From the NCBI GenBank assembly GCA_951406725.2, contig OX597826.1, forward strand, positions 66,402,001 to 66,466,000: a stretch of 64,000 bases of DNA, written 5' to 3'. The translations under genes were made by a program, and so were the position numbers. Source of the DNA: Octopus vulgaris (lineage: Eukaryota). Below, piece after piece: positions 51,391 to 64,000 of the stretch (positions are counted from its first letter, which is position 1; every line of letters starts with the position of its first letter). The notes under the pieces are model-generated. The model was given only the letters and a program-made list of their open reading frames with translations, was not told the DNA's origin and did not search any database.

Positions 51391-51847
51391 AGCCATAATT
51401 AGTTTTTTAGCTCCAAAATGTTCAACCATTTCTATCCTAGACATTTCTCTTCTCATCAAAGATTGATTATCCTTCGATTTTGGTGTATGACGTCATCCAC
51501 CCACATAACCTACCCTTATGACATAAAGAAATCCTTTAGTGATCTCTTTCTCTCTCTCTTGCTCTCTCTCTCTCTCTTGCTCTCTCTCTCTCTCTCTCTT
51601 TGCTTCTGTCTATCTACCTGTCGTCTGTCTCTCCTATACTCTTTCACTTTCTCAGTTACTTCTTTATAAAAACCTTGGATAGTTTTAAATATCGGTGAGG
51701 AATAGGCAAGGTGTGGTATTACTTTTGAACACTGTTCTGATGCTATGTGCGTTGCAGACTCTCTGAAATTTCTCAGACAATTCCATATGCTCTGTGACAC
51801 GACCTCACCGCAAAGGCTAGCCTGAGAAAATTCTGAGAATCTGCGAC

Positions 51848-51916
<69 letters not shown>

Positions 51917-52081
51917 TGTATGTATATTTAGATTATGTATATATATATATATATATGTATACTTAGATTATGTATGTATGTATATATATATATATATATA
52001 TATGCATACATACACACAAACACACACACATATATATGTATCTATATATATGTATATACATAAGTATATATATATATATGC

Positions 52082-52114
<33 letters not shown>

Positions 52115-52699
52115 TGTATGTATGCATGTATGCATGCATGTATGTATGTAAACATTAGAACTTTCTGCAAAGCAGTAACACCAAACTTCGCAGATTCCTC
52201 ACCAAACTTAGAAAGAAAATAATAAAATATAAAGAATCGGCGAAGAACTGAAGAAGCACTTGAGAATCAAATCGTCTGCTTCAGAGCTGACATCATCTTT
52301 ATATGGACATCTTCTATTGATAAGTATATCAAAATACGTCAGTTTGGTCGCAAGGTTAAGATTTAACTTAGACTTAGGTTAAAAAAGGAAAGATTTCCAA
52401 TCCGGTAATACGTATAGATCCAGCACAAAAATTTAAGAAGCAAAAAAAAAAAAAACATGCTGAAGGAGGGAGTGGTTGAATAAAAGAAAAAAATGTCTTG
52501 GTTTATTGCAAATCAAAAGGTTTGAACTTTATGCTGAGTAAATATTAAACAAAAAAAAAAAAAACTACAAAAACAAAAAAAAAAAAAAAAACAATTTCCT
52601 AATCTCGCATTAAAAAAAAAAAAAAAAAAGAGGTTAATAGTAGTTCCAAAAAGTAAGAATAACAAAAAAAAAAAACACAACATAAAGAGAAACAATATT

Positions 52700-54750
<2,051 letters not shown>

Positions 54751-54756
54751 TGTTCA

Positions 54757-55870
54757 AGGTAGGCAGTACCGTTGGCAGCACAATTCTCCCAAGGGTGTCT
54801 CTTCCCCTGCCGGTGGCACAACCCCTACCGGCAAGGTTCCGGGACATTCCGGTGCTATGTCACCGACTGCCGGCAATGTCTCGCTTCTCTTCCTCTTCCT
54901 CTTTTTTCCCTCTCAAGTGAGGGAGGGTGCGTCTCCTCCGTGACTGAGAGATTCACCTACCCCACCCTCATCCCCAGGATCCTTCGGTGAGTACCACTGT
55001 TGCCCACCTTCTTCCTCTTGCGGCCCTTCCCTGAGGAGTCCTCCGTCTCCTCAGCCGCCTTCGTTCCCTCTTCTACAGAGGTCTCAATTGACTGCTCCAG
55101 GACTCCGCCTTGCTCCCGAGAACAGTTCTTCTTTATATGGCTAGGCTCCAGGCACCGATGACACCTGGGGGTGGGGGTGCGACCCTCAAGAATCACCGGG
55201 TACCTGCACCCGGCCATTTTCAAAATATCTGGCATAACCAGATTCATGGCTGATTGGGTCCACAGGGTCAAACCAACTTTTCACGCAACCCAATCAGCCT
55301 TCACATTGAGGAGCCTGGCTCCGCCGCCACCAAGACCCCAACGGATAGTATCCTCTATCCACTGGGGTTCAATTCCGGGTGGCAAGTCGCAGACCCAGGC
55401 CCTCAACGGGCTGGCTCGCAAAACTGCAAGCCTCATCTGGGGTATAAAACAGCAACCACACCGTTGCATGTTTGACTCCCCTAGAGATATATTTAAATGT
55501 TGGCAGATGTTCCGCCAACTCCTGCTCAATCGTCTACTTAGAGAAGACGGTAATGGTGTCGGGAACCTTCGAATACGTTCTCAACACCACCGTCCTCTCC
55601 TCTTGCTTTTTGAGCCACTCCTTAGGTGGGACAATCTCCCACTCTACAATCTTATCCGTATTTTTTTGCCATGTTTAGAAAAAAAAGTCCAAAACAATAG
55701 TTTACAAAAAGGAAAGAGAGAATTCAAAAAGAAACAAAAGGGAAGAAAAAAAAAGCAAACAGTTCTATAAAAAAAAGTCACAATAGAAGAAGAAAACAGT
55801 AGTTAAAAAAACCCACAGCAAAAAAATCTTCTGGGCATTCAGGTACTCCGAGCCCTTATGGTACTCCAAT
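54757..55870 (-). pseudogene. Tx1/L1-like LINE 5' end: ORF1 remnant with zinc knuckle
   Basis: CX2CX4HX4C in PVILEGRTPTPRCHRCLEPSHIKKNC, preceded by VCDLPPGIEPQWI and followed by a basic/acidic tail; frameshifted; GC-rich relative to flanks. Confidence 0.75.
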
Positions 55871-55887
55871 TAGAACCTGGACTGCTA

Positions 55888-56150
55888 CACTTGAAATACA
55901 GCTTTCCAACGTAGTTGTATAATACACACTATTTACAAACAGCGAACGACTTTTGGTGGCAGGATACGTCACCAAACTATATTTCTCACAATGAGAAAAA
56001 ATTTCCCTTCATGTGAACACTTGAAATACAGTTTTCCAATAATGGTAAATGTTGTAAAAACATACACTGTTAAAAAGTGAACAATTTTTGGTTTGAAGGA
56101 TACACCCACCAGACTTGACTTCTTACAATGAGAAAAAAGTTTCATTTAAT
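55888..56150. repeat. Old ~130-bp tandem duplication
   Basis: acacttgaaatacag.tttccaa..ttttgg..aggatac..cacca..acaatgagaaaaaa occurs twice. Confidence 0.7.
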
Positions 56151-56377
56151 ATTAACCATATTGCTGTACCGCAAGTAGACCAACATCCTGAACCCAGTGA
56201 GGACTCCTTGTTTATAAAAAATATAAGCACAGACAACGACTCTCACGTGTCCAAGAGAAAAGTCTTAGCTTGCAGCAGCTTCTTCTCGCAGGCTAAACAC
56301 TGCCTGCTATCTTCTTCAGTGCACAATGATAGATACATGCGCACACTGACAACAAAGACTCATGGGAAGTATGCAGG

Positions 56378-56418
56378 CTACTTGGTAAGCAAGCTACTTA
56401 CCACACACCCACTCTGCG

Positions 56419-56459
<41 letters not shown>

Positions 56460-57125
56460 CAGGGACATAAACAAACCGTCACCGGTTGTCAAGCAGTGAA
56501 GGGGACAAGCATACATCTATGTACGAGCATATCCATGTATGTACGAACATGTGTATGTATGTATGTATGTATGTATGTATGTATGTATGTATGTATGTAT
56601 GTATGTACGTATATATGTATGCATGCACGTATCTACATATGTATACGACGGGCTTCCACGCAGTTTCCATCTACCACATAGACTCAGAAGGCATTGAGCC
56701 GTCTGGCGCTATAGCAGAAGATAATTCCATGTGCCTGTAAAGTCGCTCTCTGCGAGTGACCGCATGGTAAAAAGTTTGGTTACCAACTACATGGTTCCGG
56801 GTTCAGTCCTACTGTGTAGCACTTCTTCCATAACCTCGGTTCGACCAAAGCCTTGTGAGTGGATTTGGTAGACGGAAACTGAAAAGAAGCCTGTTGTATA
56901 TCTAAATATCTATATCTATGTGTGTATGTGTGTTTTTATGCCTGTGCTTGTCCATCATCACTGCTTGATAACCGGTAATGGTGTGTTTACGTCCCCGTAA
57001 CTTAGTGGTTCGGCAAAAGAATAAGTACCAGGTTTTAAGGAAAAAATATTGGGGTCAATTCGTTCGATTTAAAGGCTTCAAGCGATGTCCAATCACTGCA
57101 GTTTAATCACTGAAATAAGTAACGA
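56378..57125. mobile_element. SINE A fragments (- 56378-56730, + 56760-57125)
   Basis: Homology to family A. Confidence 0.8.
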
Positions 57126-57131
57126 CAAAGG

Positions 57132-57252
<121 letters not shown>

Positions 57253-57390
57253 GTGAATGAATTATCCTATGTTTATCGTCAGCATGAAAAATTCGTTTAA
57301 CCGAAACCTGGGTAGCACTCATTATCGCTTTGTTTACCATGTAGGCAGTCATCGAAATTTTTGTTTGTCTTGTCGAGAGAGGCTCCCTTT

Positions 57391-57466
57391 CTTTCCTGAT
57401 GAGATTTCATAATGCACCCTTTATTCCTTAGGAATGAAAACATGTCTTCGAAACATATGTCGAGAG
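57391..57466 (+). ncRNA. Type I hammerhead motif, stem II partly deleted
   Basis: CTTTC-CTGATGA-GA..TC-GAAAC-ATAT-GTC-GAGAG; related to 57650-57737. Confidence 0.7.
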
Positions 57467-57513
57467 TAAAGGAATTTTGTTAACATCTTCGTTCGACTCC
57501 ATTCTTTCATTTA

Positions 57514-57582
<69 letters not shown>

Positions 57583-57649
57583 CATATATATATGTATATA
57601 TGTATATATATATATAAATGGAGTTAAACGCAGGTGTTATTCAAATTCT

Positions 57650-57737
57650 TTTCCGACACATGTTTCGAAGATATTACCGGTATTATTCCAAAGGAATAAA
57701 ATAGTGTAAAAAAAATGTAATCTTCTCTTCAGGGAAA
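57650..57737 (-). ncRNA. Type I hammerhead ribozyme, canonical core
   Basis: TTTCC-CTGAAGA-GAAGAT..ATCTTC-GAAAC-ATGT-GTC-GGAAA; GUC site. Confidence 0.88.
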
Positions 57738-57974
57738 TGAAGAAATGAAACTCATCAATAAGACATTTTAACAGAATTTGATGGATTTGTATAGTGATTA
57801 ACTGTACGCTATTAAGCTAAAAAAAAATACGTTAGGGGATATGACGTCAAAGGTAACCTATAGAAAGAGGAGGGAGTAAAGAAAAGAAAAGAAAAGAAAA
57901 CAAATAAATGACAAGTCATACTGAAAAAAAACAAGGGTGAAATGAAAATAGTAAAAAAATGGACAGTATTTTAT

Positions 57975-58395
57975 AGGCGCAGGAGTGGCTGTGTGGTAAG
58001 TAGCTTGCTAACCAACCACATGGTTCCGGGTTCAGTCCCACTGCGTGGCACCTTGGGCAAGTGTCTTCTGCTATAGCCCCGGGCCGACCAATGCCTTGTG
58101 AGTGGATTTGATAGACGGAAACTGAAAGAAGCCCGTCGTATATATGTATATATATATGTGTGTGTGCGTGTATGTTTATGTGTCTGTGTCTGTCCCCCTA
58201 GCATTGTTTGACAACCGATGCTGGTGTGTTTACGTCCCCGTCACTTAGCGGTTCGGCAAAAGAGACCGATAGAATAAGTACTGGGCTTACAAAAGAATAA
58301 GTACCGGGGTCGAGTTGCTCGATTAAAGGCGGTGCTCCAGCATGGCCGCAGTCAAATGACTGAAACAAGTAAAAGAGTAAAAAGAGTAAAGAGTA
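57975..58395 (+). mobile_element. SINE family A, full length (reference copy)
   Basis: Head aggcgcaggagtggctgtgtggtaag..gggttcagtccc (A/B-box-like), internal (TA)(TG), repeated gtaaaaga tail. Confidence 0.95.
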
Positions 58396-58414
58396 TATGC
58401 GATTCTTTGTTTAC

Positions 58415-58710
58415 TCATCAACGGTACACTACGTATTTTCTTTTAATATATTTTAATTAATGTGTTACACAGCGCAGTACTGTACTGTATTTATTTATTT
58501 ATTAATTTATTAATTTTTAAGGCGTGAAAATGCTTATTTTACCACAGAAATAATTAAAATCTAAAAAAATATAAACACCTATTGGCCGCAAGAACCCGTA
58601 TACTTAGTATACTGAGGAGTCCGCGATATAAATTTACATGTATTAGCTAGAAAAATCCGCGATGTACTGAGCACTATAGATGAACCGCGATATGGCGAGA
58701 GATTACTGTA
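58415..58710. mobile_element. Tigger/pogo-like terminal fragment
   Basis: Ends ccgcgatatggcgagagattactg-TA (a CAGTA-type TIR) with subterminal ccgcgat repeats. Confidence 0.55.
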
Positions 58711-58967
58711 TAGATATATAGATATTTATATTAACAGATCCAACCTACACAGAGTACACAAACAAAAGAAGATTAAAGAGGTGGAAGAAAGGTGTTTTAA
58801 ATCCAACAACTGTTTCTAGAGGATCAGCGATCCCTAATAATGTTGGTAAATGTAGTCCATCACAATATGCAGCTTTATGGATATACATCTCTTTCCTAAT
58901 ACAAACTCCGAATCCATAGAATTTTTTCCCCACTTAACATCAATCCAAATATATTATCAGAGACAAA

Positions 58968-59484
58968 TACCGTAAATCCTCGAGTATAGTCCGCCCATGA
59001 GTATAATACGCAAGGGATTTTTAGGGGGCTGTAGCTCTGAAAAACCCAAACCTTGTGTATAATACGCACCACTTCTCTAACTTGAGTCAAGGAGGTCTAT
59101 ATAACGTCCTTGGTTTGTAAAACTGTATACAGTAACGTTCTTTATTATTATTGTATATATAACATAATGCAAACATGTAGCTTTTTTGTGCATTGTGTTT
59201 GCAGAAAATAAAGAAATAACTGTAATAACATTTAATAAATGTTGCTTTCTGCAAGTTATGGATGATTCTTTTATGACTTCATTGCTTTCAGGCTTAGCTT
59301 AAGGTATTTTCGCACCCGACATCACAAAATACGTCTGAATAAACATTGCCGGACAGCAAATAGAGACTCGGACATTGCTTAGAAAATAATTTTCATTTTA
59401 TAACCTTAGTATATATTACACGCTAGAGATTTTGACATTTAAATTTTGGGGAAAAATGCGGATTATACTGGAGGATTTACGGTA
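58968..59484. mobile_element. Tc1/mariner-superfamily (pogo/Tc2-like) MITE
   Basis: TA-ccgtaaatcctcgagtatagtccgc ... gcggattatactggaggatttacgg-TA. Confidence 0.85.
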
Positions 59485-59694
59485 CGCCAAAAGGCATAGA
59501 GTAGAAACAGTCCGGTTAATACTCAGAGTAGATCGAATCCCTAAAATTCAATGTCTTAATTATCGAAGACGTTGTGCAGCGAAAGAAGAGTTAGCTATAG
59601 GAAACACTGCAGTCGAACAAATGTAAATAACGATGAAATAAAAGATGGACAAAGTTGATTTATGACATGAAAGCATTTTAAAAAAAGTTTACAT

Positions 59695-60092
59695 AGGCGT
59701 AGGAGTAGCTTGCTTACCAATCACATTGTTCCGGGTTCAGTCCCACTGCGTGGTACCTTGGGAAAGTGTCTTCTACTATAGCCTCGGGTCGACCAAAGCC
59801 TTGTGAGTGGATTTGGTTGACGGAAACTGAAAGAAGTCCGTCGCATTCATGTATATATATATATGTATGTGTGTGTATATGTTTGTGTGTCTGTGTTTGC
59901 CCCCCGCCCCAACTTCGCTTGCCAACCGATGCTGGTGTGTTTACGTGCCCGTAACTTAGCCATTCGGCAAAAGAGAACGATAGAATAAGTCCTAGGCTTA
60001 CAAAGAATAAGTCCTGGGGTCAATTTGCTCGACTAAAGGCGGTGCACCAGCATGGCCACAGTCAATTGAATGAAACAAGTGAAAGAGTAAAA
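59695..60092 (+). mobile_element. SINE family A
   Basis: Homology to 57975-58395. Confidence 0.9.
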
Positions 60093-60214
60093 GGGAAATA
60101 CGCACGTAAACGTAATTAAGTAGAGAGAAGGATGACAGTCTAGATAGGAACATTTGTCTGGCCAATTATGGTATTACGAACTCGAAATGGGAAGTCTGAA
60201 TGTTGGATTTAAAT

Positions 60215-60420
60215 TTTGGCACAAGGCCAGGAATTTCGGGGGTGGAGTAAAACGATTACATCGACCCCAGTGCTTAACTGGTACTTGTTTAGTTGACCTC
60301 GAAAGGATATAAAAAATAAGGTCGACGTTGGCGGAGTTTGAACTCAGAACATAAAGACGGATGGAATACTGCTAAGCACTTTGCCTGGCGTGCTAAACAT
60401 TCTACCAGGTCGTTACCTTT
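60215..60420 (-). mobile_element. SINE family B with TSD
   Basis: ggaagtctgaa at 60190-60200 and 60422-60432. Confidence 0.85.
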
Positions 60421-60531
60421 AGGAAGTCTGAAGATCAACAAGCTTCAACATCTGTTAGCTTGAGTAATTTATAGCGCTCACAGTTATGGATTAAACGTGT
60501 ATGTGTATGTGCCTGTGTGTTTGTATGTATC

Positions 60532-60570
<39 letters not shown>

Positions 60571-60576
<6 letters not shown>

Positions 60577-60952
60577 TCAACAATATTAAGGAATGGCCTT
60601 GATAGGCCATTCGACCCACTAGAAAGAGCAGCTAAACTCAAACCGCTAAATAGTTGTAATTCAGAAACCAAAGGAAAATAAAAACATTTACCCTTATCAT
60701 CTTTGGACTATGCATAGTTTCGACATACATATTGGCAAACCGATTTAATTGAATTAAATTAAATGTATTTGCCACTGGCCTGTCTCGTCAGCAAAGAAGC
60801 CAGGGAAATATATATCCACGAGGCGACAGAATCGACGCCTTGAGAATATATATTTTAAATTTTAAAAATCTACCGTCAGCAGCAAATATAAACTGCTGAT
60901 TTAATTTCAGAATTAGTCAAAAAATCATTAATTAATCAATGTCAGGGTATCC
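60571..60952 (-). mobile_element. Non-coding hammerhead element between (TA)n tracts
   Basis: Colinear with 17129-17470 plus the tail seen at 17471-17580. Confidence 0.85.
60700..60797 (-). ncRNA. Type I hammerhead ribozyme, canonical core
   Basis: TCTTTG-CTGACGA-GACA(~55 nt)TGTC-GAAA-CTATGCATAG-TC-CAAAGA. Confidence 0.9.
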
Positions 60953-61159
60953 AAATATATCAGGGTAGATAAATATATATATATATATATATAGTTATGG
61001 TATATTCTGTTATGAACGTAGTACAGTATAAAGCTCGTGCACCTTCAGATTCCACCCTGTGCTATCCTGTAGTAGTATTATACGTACTTCCAGATATGCG
61101 ATTGGGCCTCTGTCGTGTGTGAACATATTGAAAAAATTGGAGTCAACAAGAAGGGGTAC

Positions 61160-61436
61160 GCATATGGCGTAGTGGTTAAGAGCGCGTGCTACTACCCCCA
61201 AGATTCCGAGTTCGATTTCAGGCAATGACCTGAATAATAATAATAATAATAATAGTAATAATAATAATAATAATAATAATACCACCAACAACAACATCGA
61301 AAAATACCTAAGGAATGAGAACCCAGGTTCGAAATTTCCCCAAGACATCTAATGAAGGCTCGAGGGTATATCAGCCGAAAGGTTATGTTAACAACAAAGA
61401 AGATGAGGACAAATATTCGTCAATTGTAAATAATGT
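61160..61436 (+). mobile_element. SINE family D (tRNA head + decayed hammerhead at 61344-61389)
   Basis: gcatatggcgtagtggttaagagcgcg..gagttcgatttc head, (aat)n, then GACAT-CTAATGA-A-GGCT..AGCC-GAAAG-GT-T-ATGTT. Confidence 0.9.
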
Positions 61437-61534
61437 GGGGTAACAGTTGCATAATCAAATACCCTCACTCTTGGATAACTACTTTGCGTGGAAACAATTG
61501 TAGTGATTAAAAATAAATGTGATTAAAAGTAAAT

Positions 61535-62575
61535 TGCTTACCAACCACATAGTTCCGGGTTCAGTCCCACTGCGTGACACCTTGGGCGAGTGTCTTCTGC
61601 TATAGCCTCGGGCCGAACAAAGCTGAAAGAAGTCCGTCGTACATATGCATGTATATATATATATGTATATATATGTATATATATGTGTGTGTGTTTATGT
61701 TTGTGTGTCTGTGTTTGTCCTCCCAACATCGCTTGACAACCGATGCTGGTGTGTTTACATCCCCGTCACTTAGCGGTTCGGCAAAAGAGACGAATAGAAT
61801 AAGTACTAGGCTTACAAAGAATAAGTCCTGGGGTCTATTTTCTCGACCTAAAGGCGGTGCTCCGTCATAGCCACAGTCAAATGGCTGAAACAAGTAAAAG
61901 AATTCAGCCGTACACCTTGTTGACTCCAATTTTTTCAATTTTTTCAGTATATGTGTGTGTGTGTGTGTGTGTGAGTGTGTGTGTGTGTGAGTGTGTGCGT
62001 GTGTGAGTGTGTGCGTGTGTGAGTGTGTGTGTATGTGTGTGTATACATATGTATATACACATATGTGTATGTGTGTATGCATACACATACACATGAGTAG
62101 TGTAGTTTGTAAGAAGCATTGTCTGATATACATATAATTATTTTTCATTTTTCTTATAACGCCAGAACAATGCAAGTTGTAAGAAATTATGAGTCGGTGG
62201 TTTTTACTTCTAATTCGAATTTCCTGAAGAACGGGCCTTTAATGCCGAAATACTGAAGTACAAGCTAAAAGTAGAAACCAGCATCTTATATTATATCTTG
62301 CAACGTGAGGTACGTGTTGGCAGAATGGTTGCCGCGTCGGACAAAATGCTTAGCATGATTTCTTCCGGCTTTATGTTCTGAGTTCAAATATCACCGATGT
62401 CGACTTTGCTTTCATCCCTTAGGGATCAATAAGAAAATAAGAATCAGACGAGTGCAGGGAGTCGATGTAATCGACTTGTCCCATCCTCTTAAAATTTCGG
62501 GTCACGTGCCTTCTATAGCAGAATAGATTATTTCATATAACTTTGAATTGGTTTGGCTTCATAAAGAAAATTTAA

Positions 62576-62606
<31 letters not shown>

Positions 62607-63015
62607 GATACCACGCGTGGATGTGTGGTAAGAAGCTTGCTTCCCAACCATATGGTTTCGGGTTCAGTCCTTCTGCGTAGTAACTTGGGCAAGTGTCTTC
62701 CACTATACCCTCGGGCCGGCCAAATTCTTTTGAGTGGATTTAGTAGACGGAAACTGAAAGAAATCCGTCGTTTATATATATGTGTGTGTGTGTGTATATG
62801 TGTGTGCATTTTTGTTCGTTTGTCCCCACCACCATCGCTTGACAACCGATGCTAGTGTGTTTACGTCCCTGTAATTTAGCGGTTTGGTAAAACAGAACGA
62901 TATAATAAGTACCACAGGCTTTCAAAGAATAAGTCCTGGGCTCATTTTCTCCAACTAAAAGGTGGTGCTCCAGTATGGCCACAGTCAAATGACTGAACCA
63001 AATAAGAGAATAAAA
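61535..63015 (+). mobile_element. SINE A (61535-61901), SINE B (62315-62525), SINE A (62615-63015)
   Basis: Homology to the family copies above. Confidence 0.85.
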
Positions 63016-63419
63016 GAAAATATATATATATATATATATTTCGTTTTTGGATTTGGTTTGCAAGATTCTTTATATGGGTTCGTGTGTTGAAGCATATTCT
63101 ATTGTGTCTGGGGAGAGTCGTTTTCTTTTTGTGCCTTATAGTGTAACACACTCACTGGTAAAATTTCCACTTATTTCTTAATTTTATTTTCCTAAAATAT
63201 TCGTTGCGTCTTGCAACCTTTTCAGACGCAACCTTTTCAATATATATATATATGTCCATTCTGATGGTGTACATTCAGTTGTTTCAGCTGTATGAAATAC
63301 CTGTCCCTAAATTAATGTGCTAAGTAGCGGAGTATTACATGGACACGTGTAACCATAACATAATCCTCAGGCTAAACCAATGTGATATGAATGAACTTTT
63401 AAAGTACAAGTACAATTCA

Positions 63420-63423
<4 letters not shown>

Positions 63424-63488
<65 letters not shown>

Positions 63489-63661
63489 GCTCTAGTAGTA
63501 GACTTGCCATTTTATGTATCGACTCCGAAAAGATGAAAGATAAAATTGAGAGCACAGACTGCAAGAAAGAAAAACACAAGAAATACTATTCGAAGTTAAA
63601 ACGATTTTGGCAATCCTACATGAGCGCGTGTGAAGGGTTTTATATTTACATATCTACATAT

Positions 63662-63724
<63 letters not shown>

Positions 63725-63823
63725 GTCAGACACACATATATATATATGCACACATATAAACATATATATATACATATATATGTATACGCATATTCATACA
63801 TACATGTGTATATATACATATAC

Positions 63824-63858
<35 letters not shown>

Positions 63859-63903
63859 CATATATTATATATATGTATGTATGTATATATATATATGTGT
63901 ATA
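63424..63903. repeat. (GA)n, (CA)n and (TA)n microsatellites
   Basis: Visible directly. Confidence 0.95.
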
Positions 63904-64000
63904 ATTAAAAGAAATAACCTCTATTAAGCAATTCAATTAATAATGAAAGATATTATATATAATAAATCATATAGAAAGAATTTAAATATATTATAATAAA

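Noticed and set aside
55171-55770. 199-aa plus-strand ORF
   Set aside because: Antisense to the LINE ORF1 remnant, whose zinc knuckle is on the minus strand.
62220-62265. CTGAAGA..GGC..GCC-GAAA..GTA hammerhead-like order
   Set aside because: Stem I cannot be formed. At best a decayed copy, so not counted.

Overview
Eukaryotic, AT-rich DNA made almost entirely of repeats. The SINE families and microsatellite profile look like an octopus (coleoid cephalopod) intron or intergenic region; that assignment rests on my recognition of the repeats, not on a search. I cannot support any host protein-coding exon, and most long ORFs in the track are translations of microsatellites. The window contains five tRNA-derived SINE families (labelled A-E here) and a decayed tRNA-Gly(TCC) copy. 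It also has remnants of mariner, Tc1 and DUF4817-type transposases, TA-flanked MITEs and non-autonomous Helitrons. Retrotransposon remnants include Dong/R4, Tx1/L1 ORF1, CR1-like pieces and a 2.7-kb Penelope-like element (PLE; RT plus GIY-YIG). The main signal the ORF track misses is about 15 type I hammerhead ribozyme (HHR) motifs, intact or decayed, in short non-coding elements of several families, most next to (TA)n tracts. One family shows compensatory base changes between copies. One is a tRNA-headed SINE whose 3' half is a PLE-type minimal HHR, with a Penelope-style inverted tail at one locus. One has a fixed non-canonical core (CUGUNGA). Also notable are a ~1 kb Ser/Asn-rich insertion splitting the PLE GIY-YIG motif and an AP-1-site minisatellite amplified from inside a mariner ORF. 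Boundaries were read by eye and are approximate.
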